A stretch of 64,000 bases of DNA from Azolla caroliniana (GCA_043228905.1 JBHGNT010000004.1:11036001-11100000), one strand, 5' to 3'. Shown: positions 1-14,026, numbered from the stretch's first letter. The notes: generated by a model not told the origin, from the letters alone. Made by a program: numbers and translations.

Positions 1-610
1 AGAACTCCAGAATAAAGTAACCAAGAAAACGGAGGCACTGGTGGAATAACGAACAAGGCGGTTGAGTCGGCAAAGCTGCTAGAGGAAGTGGCAAGGGAAA
101 GGACGGTGCTCACCGGACAACACTATGAAGAGATGGAACAAGCAAAATTGTCTCTTAATAGGGTTCAGACAACTTATCAACTCAATTGTTGGAAAATGGG
201 GTGCAAGCACAAGCAACTGCGGGCCTGATAAAGAAGTTAAAGGAGGAAAAGCAGGTTGTGGAGGAGAAATCCAAGATGGGGCTCAACCAGATCCATGCCA
301 TTGTGCTAGCATGGAAAGCAAGGACAAAGAGTATGATTGATGAAAGCTCAGTGCAATGGTGGTCAAAATGGGCACAACAAGCGGCAAAATTACAGACTCT
401 GCGAGCGGATGCTGAGAACCAGAGAAAGGACGATGAAAAATTCTATAAGATGGATGCAGAGAGTATTGTAACCATTCGGGAAGAGTTGTTGGACGATTTT
501 CTGTCCCTGGCAGGATAACAACTGGCGGCTGTAAGACGGCTGGTGGAACAGTTAGATCATGACCAACTCGAAACCCAACTCCAATTCGAGCGATTCAAAT
601 GGGAGCGTAG
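1..610 (+). pseudogene. Accessory (env-position) coiled-coil ORF of gypsy element A, 5' part; interrupted by copia at 611 and resumes at 11901
   Basis: ORF 186-518 WWSKWAQQAAKLQTLRADAENQRKDDEKFYKMDAESIVTIREELLDDF aligns with 25571-26038(-) VWTSWATHATKLHTYWADWENRRKEGRGFYKLNEESIAVVREDLTQDY; internal stops. Confidence 0.7.
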
Positions 611-3600
611 TGAAAAGAAATGCGTGGAATATCACTCGGCCACAACCGAGTAGTAAATCACTTATATAGGAATCAAACATAGAAATGGGAAGTGGAGAGT
701 ACACAAGAAAAATTACACAGGATGTTTACATGGAAAACCCTAATAGGGAAAAACCACGAGAGCCCACAAACTCCAAACTATCACTATGAAGAGAAGGGAT
801 ACAATCAGAGACTCGGAGGCAATGACCTCGAGCTCTGTTTCTTCGCACAATGGCGGTTACAACAGAGGATCGCTCTGTATCTCTCTCTCTCACTCTCTGT
901 ACAACAGTTACAACAATATGACAACAACACAATCACACTCATTTCCTAAAGTGATTTCCCTAAGTCATATTTATAGTTATATGAAGTTAGGGCTATTTAC
1001 ACAATATAGCGTGAATGGGCTTATTCAAAAAATATTTACAAATTTGGTCTCTCTTCTGGTTCTCACCAGGTCCACCGATCCGGTTTTCGGATCTCTTCCG
1101 GTTCTCACCGGGTCCTCTTTATTCATTACCGGATCCCATCCGGAGGGACTAATTTCCCAACAATCTCCCCCTCAATTCCGGCATGGAATGTCTCACCAAC
1201 CCGATCCGCTTTCGGCATGCGTCTAGCTTGTCGGTTGTCAACACCTTGGTCAGCATGTCTAACTCGTTCTCCTCCATGTGGATCTTCGTTAGCACGAACT
1301 CTCGATCTTCAACTCGCTCTTGGATCCAGTGGTACTTGCGTTGGATGGGCTTCGTTCTGGAATGGTATGATGCGTTCTTTGCAAGGTGGATGACACTTTG
1401 ACTGTCGCAGTAGAGCCGGTATTCCTCTTGCTAGATCCCTAGCTCTCCGATGAAGTCCTTCATCCATAATATTTCCTTGTTGGCTTCCATGGCTGCCATG
1501 TACTCCGCCTTCGTGGTTGACAACGCAACCGTCTTCTACAGCCTCGACTACCACGAAACGGCTCCCCCTGCATAGGTCATGACATATCCTAAAGTTGACC
1601 GGCTGGTGTCCACATCAACCGACATATCTGAATCCGTAAAGCCTTCCATGAGGGGTTTACCGGAGCCGAATCAGAGGCACATACTCGAAGTTCCCTTCAA
1701 GTACCGGAGAATCCATTTTACCACATTCCAGTGCTCTTTTCCGGGGTTGGTCATGAACCGACTCACCACTCCGATTGCGTATCCAATATCCGGTCGAGTA
1801 CACACCATTGCGTACATCAAGCTCCCAACCGCAGAGGCATATGGAATCTTCATCATATCCGCCTTCTCTGCCTTTGTCTTTGGGCTTTGCTTACCAGATA
1901 ATCTGCAGTTTGCCGGGAGTATCGATCCGACCGATTTTGCTTCTGACATGTTAAACCGCTGAAGCACCTTTGTCACGTACCTTTCCTGTGACAACCACAA
2001 TTTCTTCTTCGACCGGTTCCGGATTATGTGCATCCCTAGTATTTGTCTTGCTAGACCCAAGTCTTTCATTGAGAAGGTTCGGTTAAGGGCCTTCTTCAGC
2101 ATCCGTATCTTGACTTGGTCTCATCCAACAATCAACATGTTGTCCATGTACAAGAGCAATATCAGGAAATCTCCTCCATCAAATTTCTTCACAAACACGT
2201 AGTGATCGGCCTGCGTCTTGTGGTACCCTTGATCGATTATAAAGGAGTCAAACTTTTGGTACCATTGTCGGGGAGCTTGGTTCAGTCCATATAAGCTCTT
2301 CTTCAGCCGATACACCAGGTGCTCCTTCCCTTTCTTCTCAAATCCTTCCAGTTGATGCATGTAGATCGCTTCTTCGAGGTCTCCGTGTAGGAATGCCGTC
2401 TTGACATCTAGTTGCTCTACCTCGAGGTTCATGCTTGTTGTTATGCCCAATATCGTCCGAATGTATGTCATCTTTACTACTGGGGCAAAGATCTCATCAA
2501 AGTCCACCCCTTTCTTCTACTAGAAGCCCTTCACCACGATTCAGGCCTTATACCTTGGTGGATTTCTGGTGTCTCCCGGTTTCAGCTTGTACACCCACTT
2601 GTTCCGAAGTACCATCTTTCCTTTCGGCAACTCCACCAATTCGTATGTGTGGTTATCATGTAGGGAATCCATCTCATCCTGCATGGCAGTCAACCACTTG
2701 CGGTTGTGGGTGTCTCCCATTGCTTCTTTAAAGCTTTCCGGCTCCCCCTCATCGGTTAACAACACATGCTCTGCATCCAAAAATCTTCGGGGGGCTCTTC
2801 TCTCCCAAAGAGGATATCTCTGTCCTTGGTTTCTGACTGTCGGTTCCTCCATTTGTTCCTTCATCCGAATACGGTGTCTTCTTCTTCTTCTTTGGTCGGT
2901 TCGGTTTCTTGTTCGTATCCGGCCGGCTCCTCGAGTGTCATCCAGTTACCGGCTAACATCCGGTTTTCAACTGGGTATATCCTTGTGTCCTCAAGCCGGT
3001 TTTCATTGGATGATCCGGAGTTCATCATCTTCTTCTCTGACTCCTACTCAGCAATGGTCCTATCTTCCATAAAGACTATGTCTTGACTCCGGAACACCTT
3101 CTTGTCGACCAGATCCCACACCTGGTAACTGAACTTATCGTCGCCGTATCCAAGGAATCTGCATGGCCGGGACTTCGGATCCAGCGTCCTTCACCACATG
3201 CACGTATGCGAGACACCCAAACACCTTCAGATGTCGGTAAGACACATCCTTACTAGTCCATACTTTCTACGATGAGTCTCTGCCCAGGGGTACTGAGGGT
3301 GATCTGTTTATCACATAGTTCGCCGTCGTCAGCACCTCAACCAAAACGCCTTGGGTAACTTGGCATGTGAGAGCATGCTCCGGACTCTCTCCATTATGGT
3401 CTAGGTCATCCTTTTGGCAAGCCCGTTTATTTCCGGCGTCTTCGGCACGGTGAACTCGAGTCGGATTCCCTTCGACCGGCAGTACTCCTCGACCTGCCCC
3501 CGATATTCTCCTCCGTTATCCGCTTGAACCGCTTTCAGCCTCCGGCCGGTTTCTCTTTCCACTCTCGCGTGGAGCTCCTTGAAGACGGATAACACTTGAT

Positions 3601-4853
3601 CCTTCGTCTTCAACAGTGAGACCCACAACTTCCGGTTGTGGTCATCTATGAACATCACAAAGTACTACAATCTAGCATGTGACTTCGTGTTGACTTGACA
3701 CACATCGGTATGCACCAACTCCAGTGGTGCATTTCGTATCAGTGGTCTTGACTGGAAGGAGGTTCTACTTGCCGGCCAGGCAGTTGGTGCACTTCTCAAG
3801 TTGCACGTCTTTCACTGGAATGAGGTTGTCTTTTGCAAGCCTCTTCATCCCCTTCTCACTCATGTGACACAATCTTTTGTGCCACAACTCACTGGCAGTG
3901 TCGGATGCTACGTTCACTTCTTCCCGGCATATCTGGGCATTCATCAAGTACAGTGTGTTGACCTTCCAGGCTCGAGCCACTATTAACCCCCTTTGCAGAT
4001 CTTCGTGACACCATTCCGGATGCTACTTGTGTAGCCTTCATCATCTAGCCGACCGGCTGATATCAGGTTCAGTCGAACCTTCGAAATGTGTCGGACATCC
4101 TTCAGCAACAACTTACATCTGGTTGATGTCGTCAACAACACATCTCCTATGCCGATAATTCAGCATGTCCCTTCATTCCCCATCTGGACACTGCCGTGCT
4201 CACTGGCCGTGTAGGATGAGAAGCATTTCCGGTCTAGGGTAAGGTGGAACGATGCTCCAGAATTGACAACCCACGTTGTCTCGTCGACAGCAAGGTTCAA
4301 GTCACTCTCCTCGGTGATGAGCATTAGTTCTTCTTCACTTGCCGCGATCGCCATCGTTCCCTTCCGGTCCAGGCCTCGTTGATCCGAACCGTTTCGGTCC
4401 GGTGACTTCTTCGAATCGGTACTGTCAATTCCCTTGTCTTTCCAGAAATACCGACAGTTCTTCTGGAAGTGCCCCGGCTTGCCGCAATAGACGCAAGTGG
4501 GCCTCCCCCTGACTTTGACCGTGTCCCCGACTTTTCCCGGTTCTGGGGACTTCAATTCCTTTGTCTTCCGCGTTCCAATTCGGTAAGGAGGGCTTTGGCG
4601 TCAGAGATCACCTCCTTGTCTTTCCGACGCGCCTCCTCATCTAGCAAGCTCGACTTGACTCTTGCTAGGGATAGTTGCTTTCCTTCCGAGCCGGCGTTGC
4701 CCAACGTGACAACTAACGTCTCCCGGCTATCCGGCAAGGAACCGAGCAGGAGTAATACGAGTACCTCATCGACAATAGGTACTTCCAATGAGGTTGCCTG
4801 ATGGATCAGTCCCTAGAAGGCATTCATGTGCTCCGCCTTACTAGAGCCATCTT

Positions 4854-7800
4854 TTTTAGAGACATGAACTAATGTAAGCATTAGATAAGGATAGAATATA
4901 GATCTAGATAGAAAGGAGATAAAGAAAGAAGGGTATCGATCCACCCGACCACCCCCAAGTGAAGGGATCGAGACGGACTCGAGCCTTCATCGGCGTCCCA
5001 TACCATCGTCGTGGCGTCGAGTCGTACTTGGCGCTGGCGCGCTCACTACAAGACTTGACCCACCACAAGACAGAGTCTCAATGGAATCAACAAGATAATT
5101 AAATGAGGGTAGCTAGGCCTCTTATTTATAACGATACCCAAGGCCCCCATGCAAGTTCACACTTGGCCTAATGGGTTGTCTCAATCCCGAGGATTAAAAG
5201 TAATCCTCCCCTTCTTTACACTCTCGTTTAACCCTCACACTTATCCACGTGTATAGAATGCTACGGTAAATTCTCACCACGGGATATCATATGGTCATGC
5301 CCGTAACATGCTCCCCCTCTTTAAAACATTGCACTCTTGCAATGGAAAGTTAGGGAAGTTAGTTCTGAGAGTATTTTCGCGTTCCCATGTGGCATCTTTT
5401 ATTGATTTATCCATCCATTTTATTTTAAATTCTCGAATTTCTTTAGTACGTAATTGTTTTGTTTTAACATCGAGAATTCTTTCTGGTACATGTGGTTTAG
5501 AAGATAATTCTTTAAAAGTAACTAGAGTTTCAGTTGTAATTGTATTGTCGCCAGAACCTGGAAGTTCTTTTAGACGATTCACATGAAAAACTGGATGAAT
5601 TTCAATGCCATCGGGAAGAGCGAGACGATAGGTTGATGACCCAATGCGTTTGAGGACTGTAAAAGGTCCACAAAACCGTGGGGCTAACTTAGTGCACTTA
5701 ACCTTAGACAATGTCTTAGAATTGTGAGGTACACGTAAAAATACCTTCTGTCCAGGGTTGAATACACGAGATTGCCTATGATGATCGGCATAAAAACGCG
5801 CTCTATCTTGAGCTGTTTTTATATTACCTCGTGCAATATGCAACATATCTTGCATATCCCGAAGAAAGTTTTGCGTACTTCGCAATTCATCATGATGTAT
5901 ATTGACATCAATCGGGGCTCGTGGCATAAAACCATACATCAACATAAAAGGACTATATCCCGTCGACGTATGCTTGGAGCTGTTATAAGCAAACTCCAAA
6001 ATTGGGAGATAACGTTCCCATTTTGTTGGTTTTGCACCAACGTATGCTCGAAGCATGTCCTCAATAATTTGATTTACTCATTCTGTTTGTCCATCGGATT
6101 GAGGATGATCCGTGGAGCTCATGCTCAACGTAGTTTCTAACTTCTTGAAGACTTGCATCCAAAAGTCACTAGTAAACTTTGGATCTCGATCACTCACGAT
6201 ATCCATCGGTAACCCATCAAAACGAAATAACTCGTCAACGAATTGGTAAGCCAATTTAGGAGTTGTTACCATGGTTTTAGTAGCAATAAATCTGGCCATT
6301 TTAGTTAGTCTATCAACCACAACCCAGATGGCATCATGGCCTTTTTGGGTGCGAGGAAGGCTAACAATAAAATCCATCGCTTGCATCAGTTTCAACCTCA
6401 AAAGGTTTTGAAGGATCGGGTAAAATAAGTGAAGGAGCCTTGCACACCAGGTCCTTGAGTTCCTTAAAGGCGAGGTCTAGTGTAGCATTCCAGACAATAG
6501 GTTTTGTAGACTTGTACGCGTTTGACCTTTTAGAAGATCAATAAACGACGTTGTCAATTAGGAGTAATTACGAAGGGATTTTCGCAAAAACCCGACAAAA
6601 CCAAGGAATGATCAAACTTCTCGAATATTCCGAAGAGTGGGCCAAAGCTTGATTTTCTCGATGCGAGAAGGATCAATTTCAACTCCTGGTTCGGTTATGA
6701 GATGTCCAAGATAAGTAATTGATTTCTTGAAGAACTCACATTTTGAGATCTTCGCATAAAATTGTTTGTCACGCAATGTTTGTAAAACAAAGTGGACATG
6801 TTTAGCATGTTCTTGTAATGTATAGATATAAACTAAAATATCATCCAAGAAAATAATGACAAATTTTCCAAGTTGTTCTCAGAAAATGTCATTCATTTCT
6901 TGTTGAAATGTAACCGGAGCATTGGTCAAACCAAAAGGCATAACCAAAAACTCATAATGGCCATAATGCGTACGAAATGCCATTTTAGGAACATCGTCCT
7001 CACTTATACGAATTTGATGGTAGCCAATACGGAGATCAAGTTTCATAAAATACTAAGCTCCCTGGAGACAGTCAATTAGATTGTTAGCCCGGGGCAATGG
7101 ATACGAATTCTTGATCGTCACTTTATTCAAGCGTCGGTAATTAATACACATACGCCATGTGCCCTCTTTCTTTTTAACCAAGAGAACTAGTGCTCCCCAT
7201 GGAGATTTGCTATAACGTATATAACCCATTCGTAAATAGTCCTTGAGTTGCTTAGCTACCTCATCCTCTTCAGATCGACTTAAGTGATAAGGTGGTACAC
7301 TTATTGGTGCAACACCAGGTACAATATCTATATGATGGTCTATATTATGTTTAGGAGGTAAACCATCTGGTAGTTCACTCGGAAAAACATCACAAAAATC
7401 ATTTAAGATTTCATCAAGTTGTTGTTCAAAATATGTTAATTGAACCGAGACATTATCAATATTGTAAAAGTGAATGTCCGGATCAAGTACACAATAAAAT
7501 AGAGTAGAACAAGACAATTCGGATATTGATGGAGAGGAAAAAATCGAGAGGGATTGTTTTTTTACACATTGAATAAAATGAGTACAATCGTTCAGTACAA
7601 ATGTTATTGAATGATGAACCCAATCAATAGATAAAGAAGAGTTTTTATTATAGAACCAGGGATAACCCAGTATTACATCAGTGGTACAAAGATTCATTAC
7701 ATGGAAGTCTACTTCCTCTATATAAGTATCAATAGAAATTCCCAATGAATGAATCGCCCCATTGATGTATTGTACTCTTCCATCAGCCAAGTGCACCGTA

Positions 7801-10800
7801 TAGGTGTGATCACCGGATTCCCCATATCTGAACCAAACGATCATTCACAAAATTGTGTGAGCTTCCCGAATCAAACTAAAATTGTACAGGAGATCCATTG
7901 ATCAACCCGTTTGCACGTAGTAAATCATTGGGACCCAATACATAGTGAGGGAAAGAACATTGACAATTACTTAAATGATGTGTATAGACCTGAAGGACAT
8001 TAGGAATCTGACCTTTATGGTCTGCAGCTTTAGCTTTGTTGTCGTGCTCTTTCCGTTGGAGCTTTCGACATTGCTCTTTTGTATGACCCTTCTATTTGCA
8101 GAATACACAAAAAGGATGTCGCTTACAATCACGATCCATGAATTCGTTGGGTGTCTTGCGTTTCCCAACGAATTGCGACTGCTTAGTCTCGGGCGCTTGT
8201 TGTGGTCCTTCTTTGAAGTGCGTTGATAGAGAAGAACTATTTCAATGGCCTCTTCGAAGGATTTTGGATCCTTATCGTGCACTATCCAATGATAGTTCGA
8301 ATTGGGGATGCCATTGACAAAACAAGCTATTAACCAATTGTCCTCTTCTAGACCCGATTTTTGGATTTGGTTCTAACATGGTGGACATAGTCTTCTAGCG
8401 AAGAAAATTTCCGACTAGAGAGGTTCATTAAAGCTTGTGCTACCTCGGTTTGAGACGGAGGTTGCAGAAATTGGCCCTTGAAAACTGTGACAAAATTTGT
8501 CCATGTATCAGGCAATTTCCCCAAAGTACAGAGCCCACGCCACTAGGCGGCTGCCCTACCCCCTAGTTCTCGGCCGACATATGCAATCTTCATACTATCT
8601 AGCATGGGATAGAGCTCAAAATGAGACTCCCATCGGCCCAGCCACGTGCAAATTGCTTCTTCGGTTCTTTCCTTTTTGTCTCCCGCAAATGGCTTAACGA
8701 CAAACGATGGTTCACCTTATCGCTCATCAGGTCTATTAGTCTCATGTTGTAAACTAATGACACGTGCCTCGAGAGCACTTTGAGATTGCCGAAGTTTGGT
8801 CATCTGTTGAGCGGTGAAACTAAGGTATTGGCTTATTTGCGAAAAATACATCTCAATGGACATTTGTCCAGGAGGATTCCCTTGAGTTCCTTCTACTTGA
8901 GCGGATGACATCAGGTCATTATTTTGAGCCATTAAATGATTATTTCTGGAAAAGAAATAGGATAAGGTCAGAGATATAGTCATAACATCATGTCGTGATG
9001 TAAACATATCATGGGCAAACATTAATCGATATCATGATCTCACGTCAATACCCCTCTAGACGTATGAGATGAGGTTCAAGATCAGGTTACTATGGTAACA
9101 CAAAGGTGTTTTAAAAACCATGGGGTGACAATTTAATGTCTTTCCCTGATCTCTATATTGATTTTTTCATGGCGGCTCCCCGAGGCTCAACCATGTATGT
9201 TCGCGTAATGAATAGTTTATACACGAAAAAAAATGTTAACAATAAACTATGTTTCGGTGCCCACATATGTGGTTTTGGCTCTTTAAGTCCTATTACGAGA
9301 ACCCCGAAGTGCACTTAGACCTTAAGTCTAAACATGTGGTATAGTCATATGTATCAACGATGTTGTATGGTCTTGGTCATATTTGAACTCGAGACCTTGA
9401 GAACAAATACATTAAACATTTAAGCCAACCAAGTAGATTGCTCTTCTTTGAATGCTTAATATTTCATGCGTATAGAGATATGCAAGGCATTTGCCCATAT
9501 ATTTTTTTTTTAAAAGAAACATATATGTCAAGAGTCCTTATTTCGCCCTCATTTACTACAACTGTGTTGGTACATTACCTAACCTCAAGTCTCGTAATTA
9601 CAATGGCATACGCCAAAGTGCAACCTAATGGTCAAGCCAAATGAGCCCTCTTTTCGTAGTAGGCCCACGTGGCCCATCACATGGTCACGTCATTACGAAT
9701 GCCTCTCGTAAGAATGATCTCATGGTGGCATCGTATCCATGTAATGAGGGAGGGATGTTGGATACGTGTGTCATAGGAGCGACCTCACATGAAGTGGGTC
9801 AAGCCCTACGTACTCAACATCATTATGGCTATAGGCGTTTCTTTACATAACGAAATATCAAAGTCACCAATGGGGATTTCAACAATAAAAGTTTTTTGAA
9901 AAAAGGGATGGTGGCAACGCTATTCTCACAAAAATGTGAGGACGGCCACCAAGACCCTTTCCCCGAAAATGAAAACATTCGATTTAAAATCACGTAATAA
10001 CTTATATACACATATGTATATTATCACATATATATGATCAACTATGTATACACGTGACCACATATGCCTATATTAAACAAATCGTTATATTTAATAGCCA
10101 AAAATGATGTAATCGAGATACGTAATCGAGGCATATACCTCTACGCACACGAGACATCCAAAAATAAGGGTTAATCGTAATACGCAATTGAGGTATTGAC
10201 CTCTTACGCATACTAGACCAAACGCATATCATTTACAACGAATCGAGGTATTGACCTCATACGCAAACATAACATATCTTTGTGAACGTAATACGCAATT
10301 GAGGTATTAACCTCGTGCGCATACGACACTCATCACATATTCAATATACGTCAAATGAGGTATTGACCTCATACACATATGTAAACGTTTTATACAACCA
10401 ATGAATTACCACTACAACATCATTGAATTAATGAAAAAAATCTACATATTAACCATACACATGATTAGATAGGAGAATAAAAAATAGACAAAAAAGAACA
10501 AGAAAGATTACCGAAGTTCCTTTGTTGATCCTTGTCTACATGAAGGTCGACCGGACGTAGATTGATCGCCATCAATCAAGAACACAAAAGACAAGAAAAG
10601 AAACATTAGAAACTGAGCTCTGATACCAACTTTTAAAGACATGAACTAATGTAAGCATTAGATAAGGATAGAATATAGATCTAGATAGAAAGGAGAGAGA
10701 GAAAGAAGGGTGCCAATCCACCCAACCACCCCCGAGTGAAGGGATCAAGACAAACTTGAGCCTCGATCGGCGTCCCATACCACCGTCGTGGCATCGAGTC

Positions 10801-11089
10801 ATACCTGGTGCTGGTGCGCTCGCTCGCTACAAGAGTTGACCCACCACAAGACAGAGTCTCGACATAGTCAACAAGATAATCAAATGAGGGTAATTAGGCC
10901 TCTTATTTATAGCGATACCCAAGGCCCCCAGGCAAGTTCACACTTGGCCTAATGGGTTGTCTCAATCCCGAGGATTAAAAGTAATCCTCCCCTTCTTTAC
11001 ACTCTCATTTAACCCTCACACTTATCAACGTGTATAGAATACTACGGTAAATTCTCACCACGAGATATTATATGGTCATGCCTGTAACA
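4854..11089 (-). mobile_element. Ty3/gypsy chromovirus, degenerate, inserted in the copia gag
   Basis: LTRs 4854-5308 and 10631-11089; TSD ATCTT at 4849-4853 and 11090-11094; Met PBS 10621-10628; PPT after 5308; protease/RT ORF 7053-7844, RT 6612-6848, integrase 6078-6401, integrase C-term with GPF and chromodomain (PERILDVK...FKIKW...ATWE) 5295-6056; most of RNase H deleted. Confidence 0.93.
10128..10370. repeat. Five regularly spaced palindromic repeats GAGGTATTGACCTC with dissimilar spacers
   Basis: Cores at 10128, 10190, 10245, 10301, 10357 (period 62/55/56/56), usually flanked by AAT(C/T) and TACGCA. Confidence 0.85.
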
Positions 11090-11900
11090 ATCTTGGTACC
11101 AGAGCCTCACTAGCTTCCGGAATACCGAAACACGATTAACGGCATTTTTGTTTTGGAACATAATGTCGATCTTCTCCCAGAGTTCATGAGCCTTCCTCTC
11201 TTCATTGAAGTTGTTGTACTGGTTCATGTTGATGAAGCACCGGATGTATGTCGTCGTCTTCATGTGCATCACCTCCCACACTGTGGCATCGATGTTGTCC
11301 GGTCTCTTGTCCCCGAACTAAACCGGCAACGAAAGATCTTTAACCACCAGCATGTCCCTCATCTTCGAATTCCACACTGAGTAGTTGGAGCCGGTGAGCT
11401 TGAACAAGCAACCGTAAGATTCTTCCATTTTCTGTGTTGTTCACTCTGATACCAGTTTGAAGAGAAATGTGCGGAATATCGCTCGGCCACAACCGAGTAG
11501 TAAATCACTTCTATAGGAATCAAACATAGAAATGGGAAGTGGAGAGAACACAAGAAAAATTACACAGAGAGAAGGGGTACAATCAGAGACTCGGAGGCAA
11601 CAACCTCGAGATCTGTTTCTTCGCACAGTGGCGGTTACAACAGAGTATCACTCTGTATCTCTCTCTCTCTCACTCTCTATACAACAGTTACAGCAATATG
11701 AGTACAACACAATCACACTCATTTCCTAAAGTGATTGCCCTAAGCCATATTTATAGTTATTTGAACTTAGGGCTATTTACAGAATATAGCCTCAATGGGC
11801 TTATTCAAGACATATTTACAAATCTGTCCTCTCTTCCGGTTCTCACCGGGTCCTCTTTATTTATCACCGGATCCCATCCGGAGGGACTGATTTCCCAACA

Positions 11901-12389
11901 CGTAGACGGTAGGAGGCGTCACGAAGGACGGCGGCGATCAACAGAAGTGATGAAGAGCAATCTCCGGAGTAGCCACCAAATCTAGCCGGAGCCGAAGGAA
12001 TGCAAATGAATGGCGCTAGAATGGATCAACTCGGAGAGACCATACCGGAATAGCCAGCAGAAGTCGAACGGGAGCAGTCGGAAGCGAAAAGAGCGAAGGT
12101 GAGAGCAGATGAAGCCGGGGAAGATGCAACTGTCGGACCAGGAAGGCAACAACCACAACAACAAGAGTCGGAGCAACCACAACAACAAGAGCCGGAGCAA
12201 CCACAACAACAAGAGCCGGAGCAATCACAACAGCAGGAACCGGAGTAGCCACAACAGTAGGAACCGGAGCAGCCACAACAACAAGAACCGGAGCAGCCAC
12301 AGCAGCAGGAGCTAGAGCAAGAGTGGCAAAGCGAGGAACCCCTCGAACCTTTTGACCACAATATTCTGGACATACTTCATAAAGAATAG
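11901..12389 (+). pseudogene. 3' part of the element A accessory ORF, with QPQQQEPE repeats and C-terminal NILDILHKE*
   Basis: Continues after TSD CGTAG; 24-bp tandem repeat ~12148-12320; C-terminus matches NILDILNDE* of 25357-25554(-). Confidence 0.7.
12148..12320 (+). repeat. 24-bp minisatellite, ~7 copies (caaccacaacaacaagagccggag)
   Basis: Direct tandem units, visible also as periodic peptides in several frames. Confidence 0.9.
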
Positions 12390-12401
12390 TGGATCTAACC
12401 C

Positions 12402-12441
12402 GTGGGTTCGACGTACAATGTAATGTCCCACAGGTGTGCCA
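12402..12441 (+). other. tRNA-Arg-like 3'-end mimic / inverted PBS at the PPT position (element A)
   Basis: GTGGGTTCGACGTACAATGTAATGTCCCACAGGTGTGCCA, 2 nt before LTR start TGTTGG at 12444. Confidence 0.8.
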
Positions 12442-13525
12442 TGTGTTGGCCAGTGGCGGCCAAGTATGAAAGGAGGAAGAGGCGAGCTGGTTCCTAGAAA
12501 TATAATTAAATAACTAAGAATTATGTTAGGAACGGATGGATCCGGAAGAGGTATGCCGATTCGGATCCGGACCGATTCATAGCCGGTTGCCGGTTAGGCA
12601 CCATTTTGTAGCACAGACTGGATGCTTATAAAAGGATCCGGATATCATTGTATGAACGACGGAACATTAATATAAGAGCGTGTGATTATTGTTTATCTTA
12701 TCTTGATTCCATCCCGTGTTTAATGTATTGATCTTACGTTGTCGTGAAGAATTTCGGTCATAGGCGAAAACCGGGAAACATTTGCTACATCGGCGGGGTG
12801 CAGCGTGTGTACGCACCCATGTACATTTAGTGTGAATATCGAGGGGGCCTTTATGGCGCCGAAGAGTAGTCAAGTCGGGGCAGACGATCCCTTGTAAGGT
12901 GGGATTGTCCCACATTGTAACGCATCCCTTTCCTTGTTCTATAAAAGGAAGGGAACGCCCTTTGTGAAAGGGTTGCCCATTTTGGATTAGAGGGTATACC
13001 GGTAGGTCTAGGGTTAGGTTTCTTCTGCTTCTTCTTCTTCCCATTCGTGTTCCTTTAGGGTTGGCTGCAGCTTATCTCCTGTGCAAGACCCCGCTCGGCG
13101 CAACGAGCCCGAGAGCTCCCCGACGGCGGCTTGATAGCAGATGACTGTTGTAAACTATCTTGGTCCGGCTCGAAGCCGGGAGTGTATTCTTCTTATATAT
13201 ATACATACATATACGTTTGCGTCTGTTGGTGTCGGGTGCTCCCCTCTTTCCCTGCGTTTCCTGTACAAGAGGGCGTGTGTGTGTGTGCGTGTGTGTGTGT
13301 GTGTGTGTGCGTGCGTGAGTCGGTGTCAAGCACGCTCTCTCACTCCCTCTCTCTCCCTTCGGCTGCTTCCGGTGCGTTTCAGGGGTGCCCCAGGAACGGT
13401 GAAGTGCGACTTCCTACGCTCCGTCACTCCCTAGTCCAAGACCCCCGTGGTCCCGCCTTTCTCCATGCACGCGCGTAACAACGCGACATCTTTGGTGAAC
13501 CCGACGTGAAGGGCGGCAGGAGAGC

Positions 13526-14026
13526 ATGGAGATGGAAGAAGACTTTGACTTCGAGGAGATGATGGCAAAGATCGTGATGGAAGCCGGACGGAAGATGGCG
13601 AAGCGAGATGCGGCTCAACAAGCCGTCGAAAGGGTGGTCGATCGAGTCGGCCGGTTCAATGGGAATGAGGTCCTAAAAATTTTGGGAGCCTACAAGGCCG
13701 AGATGGCGAAAGGGGGCGTGGACGAGGCGATGCGACTAGAGTATTTTCCGCGAGTGGCGGCCGTATCGGTGCACAAGGACGTCAAGGAACTACGAGAAGC
13801 TCACGAGTCATGGGAGTCCTTCGAGGGAGCTCTATTGGAAGCGTACGGATACGCGAAACCGGAGTGGGTATGCGGGCAACCCGATGGGGAGCGGTCGACA
13901 ACAACATGGCCCGCGAACGGCGGAGAAGAGAGAGTGGCGAGTGAGTACGCACTACCGCCGGAAGAGAGCTCAACGCAAAACGGTTCAGAGGAGCTCGACC
14001 TAGAAGCGCTAATATGGGAGGCATGA
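13526..14026 (+). CDS. Gag-like ORF (N-terminal capsid-like region), truncated
   Basis: Starts just after the PBS; RFNGNEVLKILGAYKAEM...WESFEGALLEAY resembles gypsy gag N-termini; C-terminal part homologous to 31345-31842. Confidence 0.6.
   Translation: MEMEEDFDFEEMMAKIVMEAGRKMAKRDAAQQAVERVVDRVGRFNGNEVLKILGAYKAEMAKGGVDEAMRLEYFPRVAAVSVHKDVKELREAHESWESFEGALLEAYGYAKPEWVCGQPDGERSTTTWPANGGEERVASEYALPPEESSTQNGSEELDLEALIWEA

Larger units (their letters stand above)
611..11900 (-). mobile_element. Full-length degenerate Ty1/copia LTR retrotransposon (Tork/Tnt1-like) with a nested chromovirus
   Basis: LTRs 611-1162 and 11458-11900 (TG..CA); TSD CGTAG at 606-610 and 11901-11905; tRNA-Met PBS (tgatacca 11447-11454); PPT at ~1163-1174; gag, CCHC knuckle, protease, integrase (DNGGEY), RT (YMDN), RNase H in copia order with stops/frameshifts. 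Confidence 0.95.

Noticed and set aside
10128-10370. True CRISPR array
   Set aside because: Eukaryotic retrotransposon context, short degenerate repeats, no cas genes; kept only as a CRISPR-like structure.
12026-12373. Cys-rich metallothionein/keratin-associated-like ORF (CCCGCSGS)n
   Set aside because: Antisense reading of the 24-bp QPQQQEPE minisatellite.
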